This document shows, piece by piece, positions 59,499 through 64,000 of a stretch of DNA of 64,000 nucleotides (position 1 is the stretch's first letter; each line of letters begins with the position of its first letter). Both the position numbers and the translations under genes were made by a program. The notes beneath the pieces are model-generated. The model searched no databases. It worked only from the letters and a program-made list of their open reading frames with translations, and was not told the DNA's origin. This stretch comes from Myxococcota bacterium (GTDB taxonomy: Bacteria > Myxococcota_A > Polyangia > Polyangiales > Sandaracinaceae). The stretch covers positions 1 through 64,000 of the forward strand of contig JAYZQJ010000191.1 in assembly GCA_036149055.1 (NCBI GenBank), in the 5' to 3' direction.

Positions 59499-60584
59499 TC
59501 ATCCCCCGTCCGTAAATCGCAGCCTCGTGCTGCGGGCCCACGATTCGTCTTCCACGACGAAGCGAGCCCAGTGGCGATACGTGATCGTGAAGACCGATTC
59601 TTCTGGAAAGATGGTCAACAGTTGAGGTCGTAGCTGTCCGCTCCCGGTCCGTGGTCCTATTTCGTAGTCGAACTCCGGCGCCGCGGCGGGAATCTGGAAC
59701 CGGAGTACGCCGGAGGGGGAGCAGCCTCGCAGAGTGCACTGCTGGCCCACCATGCTCGCGGGAAAACGGAGCGCTGGGTGCGCGAACCAGAGGCCCTCCC
59801 CGGAGGGCGCCGGTTCGCGAGGAAACGACCTCTCCGGCGGCTCGTCGTCGATCCGCACTCCGCGAGCCTCCGCCGCCCACTTCATTCGCAGCCCCAGTTG
59901 AAGGGGCATCGGCGCCCAACATTCAGGCTCCACCCCCGCGCGGGGATCGTATGTTGGGACGTCTGTCGACTCGACATTGGGCAGCGTTCTGTCGAGCACG
60001 ACGCGGGGAAATCCGGCTGCACATCCCGTTCTCTCGGCCAGGCCACGTACGCTCTCGGTGGGGTCGAAGCCGCGCCCCTCCGCGTTGAGCTGGTACTCGA
60101 CCGGCACGGAGGTCTTCGCATCCAGGTACACCTCGGCGCGACCTCCGAATGCGCGAGACCAGGTCAGTTCCATGCGTGAGAACGAAGCGGGTGGTGATAC
60201 GGCTAGATCTCCCTCCGGTCCCCGTTGCCATTGCCGGTCGCCGATGACTCGCAGGGTTCGAGACGCGTCTCCGACAGTCAGTGAGATGGTCATCTCCGTC
60301 GTCACGCCACCGTGGGGAGCGTGGGCACACCCAAGCAGGCAGACTTCGAGCCCGTCGGCGCGAGGTGGGATGACGTCGCGTGGGATCAGGCCGAGCCGGG
60401 TGGGCTCCTCATCTCGCAGGATTGGGCGGGGGGCATCTGTTTCGAGGCGGACGCGGTCCCCCTCGAGGCGGAACGTCGCTTTCGCCACGAGGGCGAGAGA
60501 GCGTCGAGCATGTCCCTCAGATGTCAGGCCGTGGTCGGATACGATGGCTTCGGCGGCGAGCTCGGTTGTGTTGACTAGCTGCAT
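59499..60584 (-). CDS. DUF2169-family T6SS adaptor
   Basis: LVAKATF, LLGCAHAP, LRVIGDRQW, LTWSRAFGG, LPNVE; follows vgrG. Confidence 0.75.
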   Translation of the reverse strand: MQLVNTTELAAEAIVSDHGLTSEGHARRSLALVAKATFRLEGDRVRLETDAPRPILRDEEPTRLGLIPRDVIPPRADGLEVCLLGCAHAPHGGVTTEMTISLTVGDASRTLRVIGDRQWQRGPEGDLAVSPPASFSRMELTWSRAFGGRAEVYLDAKTSVPVEYQLNAEGRGFDPTESVRGLAERTGCAAGFPRVVLDRTLPNVESTDVPTYDPRAGVEPECWAPMPLQLGLRMKWAAEARGVRIDDEPPERSFPREPAPSGEGLWFAHPALRFPASMVGQQCTLRGCSPSGVLRFQIPAAAPEFDYEIGPRTGSGQLRPQLLTIFPEESVFTITYRHWARFVVEDESWARSTRLRFTDGG

Positions 60585-60588
60585 GTCG

Positions 60589-63345
60589 CTAACACTTGAT
60601 CTTGACTTGGCTGGCCGCGTCGATCTCCGTGACCCCGGACGTCGCCGCGATCTTGACCGTGCCGCCGGCGATCTCGATGCCATCGGGCTTGATGCGGATG
60701 CTCGAGGACCCGACGGTGAGCTTGATCTCGTTCTCGGCGGTGATCTCGATCTTGTTTCCCGCCTGGATCGCCACCGAGTCATCGGCGATCTGCAGAAGCT
60801 TCTTCAGCGTGTGGACGCGGATGTTGTCCTCCGCCCGAATCTGAAGGTTCCCGTCGTCTTTGGCGTCGTACCAGACCTTGCCGTCGCCCGACTTGATCTG
60901 AACTCGCCCCTGCGTGTGCAGGTAGCCGAAGTCGTTCAGCTCGAAGTGGGTGCCGTCGCCCTGCTTCACCATGAACCGCTTCTTGGTGTCGATGTCCCAC
61001 TTGCCCTTGGCGACGGACGTGGTCTTGTTGCCCGCGGTGACGAGCAGGTCGTCTTTGCTCCCGTCGATCTGGGTTTCCCGGTTCTCGATGACCCAGAGCT
61101 TGTCGTTGCCGCCCTCCGGTCCGATCTGCGTCGTCCGATTGCCCTTGATCGTGTTCGTCTCGTCGACGTCGACCGTCTTCTCGCGGTTGTTGTGGACCGT
61201 GAGCTTCTGGTCGTTGCCGATGGTCTCGGTGTGGTCGTGGTCGACGGTGTTCGTCTGGTCGACCTTCACGTGGGTCGTGTGGCAGTGCTCGACGACCTCG
61301 TTGAAGTCCTTCTCGGCGTGGAGATAGATCTCCTCCTCGCCCTGCTTGTCCTCGACCTTGAGCTCGTTCGAGCCGCGCTGGCTCTCGTCGGCGCGGTTGG
61401 ACGAGCTGTTCGTCTTCCATCCGCTGACGGTCTTGTTGTCGGGTAGCGTCCAGGGGACGCCGTTGTCGCCGTTGTAGAGGCAGCCGGTGATGATCGGGCG
61501 GTCGGGGTCGCCGCCGAGGAAGCTGACGATCACCTCCATGCCGACGCGGGGGATCCACATGGCGCCCCAGCCGGCGCCGGCCCACTGCTGCATCACGCGG
61601 ATCCAGGCGCTCGAGCGCTCGTCGCCCGCGCTGAGGCGGTCCCAGTGGAAGCGCACCTTCACCCGGCCGTACTGGTCCGTGTAGATCTCCTCGTTGCCCT
61701 CGCCGACGACCGTCGCCGTCTCGGGCCCGGGCATGGTCGGGCGCGTGGGCGCCGGCGGGCGGTAGGGCATGTCCGCCGGGACCAGCTCGAGCGTCGCGTG
61801 GAAGCCGCCGCCGGCGCCCCCGGGCTGGCCGCTGCCGCTCACGCGCGTGATCAGGTACCGGCCGTCGTGCGTGTCGGCGCCGACCAGCTCGAAGATGTGG
61901 CCCGGCTTCGCCTCGATGACGGTGGTCTGGATGGACCAGTGGGCGCGGCTCAGGTCGAGGCGCTCGGTCTGGTGCTGGGCGTGGCGCTGCGCCGTGTGCT
62001 CTCGGTAGCGGCCGACGCCGTCGTCGTACCCGTGGTGCCGCACGTTGTGGAAGTGCTCGTGCACCTCGAGCGCCGGGCCCGCGTGGTCCCCGCGGCCGTC
62101 GTGTCGCTGCTCTACCGGGGCGTTCGGGCGGGTCCAGTCGTAGCCCGTGCTGTGCACGTCGGTCGGGCCCATCCAGCGCTGTCGCTGGATGTGGAACGCC
62201 GCCTCGCGCCCGACGGCGGCGTTCTCCTGCTGCGTGTAGTGCATCCGCCCCTCCGCGTGCTCCAGGATGCGCGGGCGGTTGTCGTTCGTGTCGCAGAGGA
62301 CGAGGACCTCGTGCTCCTCCGAGTCGTGGTCGAAGTACCACCAGATGCCCTCCTCATCCATCAGGCGAGAGAGGAAGCCCCAGTGCGTCTCGCGGTGCTG
62401 CACCAGGTACTCGTGCACGGGGTACTGCTCGGTGAGCTCGACCCGCAGCTCCCGCTGTCGGTCGCCGACCAGCTCGTGCAGCACCTCCTTCACGAGGCGC
62501 GGCACGTTCATGTCCTGGTAGATCCGCGAGTCCTGGCCCTGCGTCATCATCCAGGCCGCGGGCACGATCTCGAGGTGGATCAGCTGCTCGTCGCGGCCGT
62601 GGTCGACCGACGCGCGGCGGATGATGCCGCGCAGGTTCCGCTGGTGCTCCTCGCGCTCGATGCTCACGTGCGCGTCCTTGGCGAAGAGCTCCGTCTCCTC
62701 CAGGAAGCTGTCGCGATCCACCGCCGCCTCGACGCTGATCACCGGGAGCTCGCCGATCGCGTCCTCGTAGTGCAGGGACCGCACGTTCCAGGTCACGTCG
62801 CTGCCGTCGACGTGCAGGTGGTAGCGCACCGTGTGGGCCTCGCCGAAGAGGCCCTCCACCATGTCGATGGCGCCCTCGACGAGCTGTCCCGCGCCGCGCG
62901 CGATCTGGCCGACGCCGGCCATGACCGCCTGCGCCTCGCCTTCGGGGACCACGTAGCGCGCCGCGTCCGCGAGCCCGCCCGCGCCGCTGCCGATGTCCGA
63001 GATGTCGCCGTTGCGGATGCCTTTGGCGAGGCCGTCGAGGCCCTTGGCGCCCTTCGCCACCGACTCGCCGACGTGCGCGGCGGTCTCGAGCCCCTCGCGC
63101 CAGTCTTCGGCGGTGTGGTCTTCGGGCTCGCCGTGCTCGTCGTCGCCGTGCTCCTCGCCCTCGCAGTGCTCCTCTTCCTCTTCGGGGATCATGCCGGCGA
63201 TGCCCTCGGCGATGCCGGCGAAGCCCTCGCCCATCTCCTCCACCGAGTGAGCCGGGCCGTGCTCGTCGTCCCCGTGCCCGCTGCGGTCGTGCCCGCCGCC
63301 TCCGCCATGGCCGCCGCCACCGCCGTGTCCACCGTGGTCCGTCAT
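60589..63345 (-). CDS. vgrG: VgrG (TssI) spike protein with a His/Glu/Gly-rich N-terminal extension
   Basis: VQHRETHWGFLSRLMDEEGI, GPETATVVG, TDQYGRVKVRFHWDR, IPRVGMEVIVSFLGGDPDRP, EEIYLHAEKD; Gp5-type beta-helix repeats. Confidence 0.93.
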   Translation of the reverse strand: MTDHGGHGGGGGHGGGGGHDRSGHGDDEHGPAHSVEEMGEGFAGIAEGIAGMIPEEEEEHCEGEEHGDDEHGEPEDHTAEDWREGLETAAHVGESVAKGAKGLDGLAKGIRNGDISDIGSGAGGLADAARYVVPEGEAQAVMAGVGQIARGAGQLVEGAIDMVEGLFGEAHTVRYHLHVDGSDVTWNVRSLHYEDAIGELPVISVEAAVDRDSFLEETELFAKDAHVSIEREEHQRNLRGIIRRASVDHGRDEQLIHLEIVPAAWMMTQGQDSRIYQDMNVPRLVKEVLHELVGDRQRELRVELTEQYPVHEYLVQHRETHWGFLSRLMDEEGIWWYFDHDSEEHEVLVLCDTNDNRPRILEHAEGRMHYTQQENAAVGREAAFHIQRQRWMGPTDVHSTGYDWTRPNAPVEQRHDGRGDHAGPALEVHEHFHNVRHHGYDDGVGRYREHTAQRHAQHQTERLDLSRAHWSIQTTVIEAKPGHIFELVGADTHDGRYLITRVSGSGQPGGAGGGFHATLELVPADMPYRPPAPTRPTMPGPETATVVGEGNEEIYTDQYGRVKVRFHWDRLSAGDERSSAWIRVMQQWAGAGWGAMWIPRVGMEVIVSFLGGDPDRPIITGCLYNGDNGVPWTLPDNKTVSGWKTNSSSNRADESQRGSNELKVEDKQGEEEIYLHAEKDFNEVVEHCHTTHVKVDQTNTVDHDHTETIGNDQKLTVHNNREKTVDVDETNTIKGNRTTQIGPEGGNDKLWVIENRETQIDGSKDDLLVTAGNKTTSVAKGKWDIDTKKRFMVKQGDGTHFELNDFGYLHTQGRVQIKSGDGKVWYDAKDDGNLQIRAEDNIRVHTLKKLLQIADDSVAIQAGNKIEITAENEIKLTVGSSSIRIKPDGIEIAGGTVKIAATSGVTEIDAASQVKIKC

Positions 63346-63360
63346 CGTCGCTCCCCGTGC

Positions 63361-63376
63361 TGCGCTCCGAATGCCA
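63361..63376 (-). promoter_or_regulatory. Putative sigma-54 promoter of the vgrG cassette
   Basis: TGGCAT-TCGGA-GCGCA (GG-N10-GC), followed by a GGGGAG RBS and the ATG at 63345. Confidence 0.45.
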
Positions 63377-63433
63377 GCACGCCACCCGCTTCGGCCCCCC
63401 TCGACCGCGGTTGCGTGCCCCGGCGCATTTTTC

Positions 63434-64000
63434 TCACAAACCGTCGGCCCGGTTCCAGCGTCGCCGGAAAGACAGCGTGATCTCCACGCCCGAGAGCTCG
63501 CGCGCGGAGAGCTCCAGCCGGCTCAGCGACGCCCTCACGCACTGCTCCATGTCCGGATGGTCGAGAGTCGACCGGCCGCTGAGCACCGACTGGACGCCCG
63601 TCGGCTGCAGAAGGAGCTGAACCACCAGCGAGCCGGCGTCGGGAGGCGCGGGCGCGCGCGCGTGGCAGTCGGCGAGCGCCGCGAGCCGACGGGAGATGGC
63701 CTCACGCACCCCCTCGAGCTCACCGAAGAGCTCGATGCGATCGATGATGACCTCGGCCTCGAACGCGGGCGCGCGATCTTCGTAGCTCGTGGGACGCTCG
63801 GGGAGCGCGGAGGAGGGAGGCGCGAGCCCCGAGAGACCGACGCGGCTCAGATCCGGCAGAGGCGCCACCGACTCGAGGCGGCGGGGGGCGATGAGCCACG
63901 GCTGATCGAAGCCCGCCTCGGCGGCCACCTGGATGGCCCGGGCCCAGCTGCGGACGTCGGCCTCGGGGCCGAGCTCGAACGCCAGCCGCCTCCGTCGCGG
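63434..64000 (-). CDS. Partial protein with an AgmX/PglI (TonB-C-like) C-terminal domain
   Basis: Frame is open to the window edge; RRLAALADCH...GSLVVQL...EQCVRASL. Confidence 0.5.
   Translation of the reverse strand, partial: PRRRRLAFELGPEADVRSWARAIQVAAEAGFDQPWLIAPRRLESVAPLPDLSRVGLSGLAPPSSALPERPTSYEDRAPAFEAEVIIDRIELFGELEGVREAISRRLAALADCHARAPAPPDAGSLVVQLLLQPTGVQSVLSGRSTLDHPDMEQCVRASLSRLELSARELSGVEITLSFRRRWNRADGL

Overview
Very GC-rich DNA, probably Myxococcota (inferred from the myxobacterial-type pfa genes, the CDGxDxDCDGxxDE lipoproteins and an AgmX-like domain). (1) 1-8.2 kb: 3' part of a PUFA synthase cluster, with the end of pfa2 and a compact pfa3 (KS-CLF-DH-DH-acyltransferase). (2) 8.2-15.1 kb: two tandem paralogous Cys-repeat/beta-propeller lipoproteins, small lipoproteins and a REC-EAL regulator. 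(3) 15.4-31.4 kb, the main finding: a tightly coupled 8-gene steroid/triterpenoid operon built largely from fusions. It encodes HMG-CoA reductase::3beta-HSD/HpnA-like SDR; a GGR-family reductase; degenerate squalene epoxidase::divergent oxidosqualene cyclase; squalene epoxidase::cyclase remnant::squalene synthase; a sterol desaturase/hydroxylase; CYP51::ferredoxin; ALDH; and a GMC oxidoreductase. (4) 31.4-53 kb: signalling and housekeeping genes, tRNA-Phe, topoisomerase IB, HPF and baeRF. (5) 53.2-63.3 kb: a VgrG / DUF2169 / PAAR-like / DUF2169-RHS / OB-fold cassette. Its RHS core has lost both autoprotease aspartates, and its middle has lower GC. Several genes carry sigma-54-type -24/-12 motifs almost abutting the start codon. 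All calls come from motif recognition by eye; no database searches were run.
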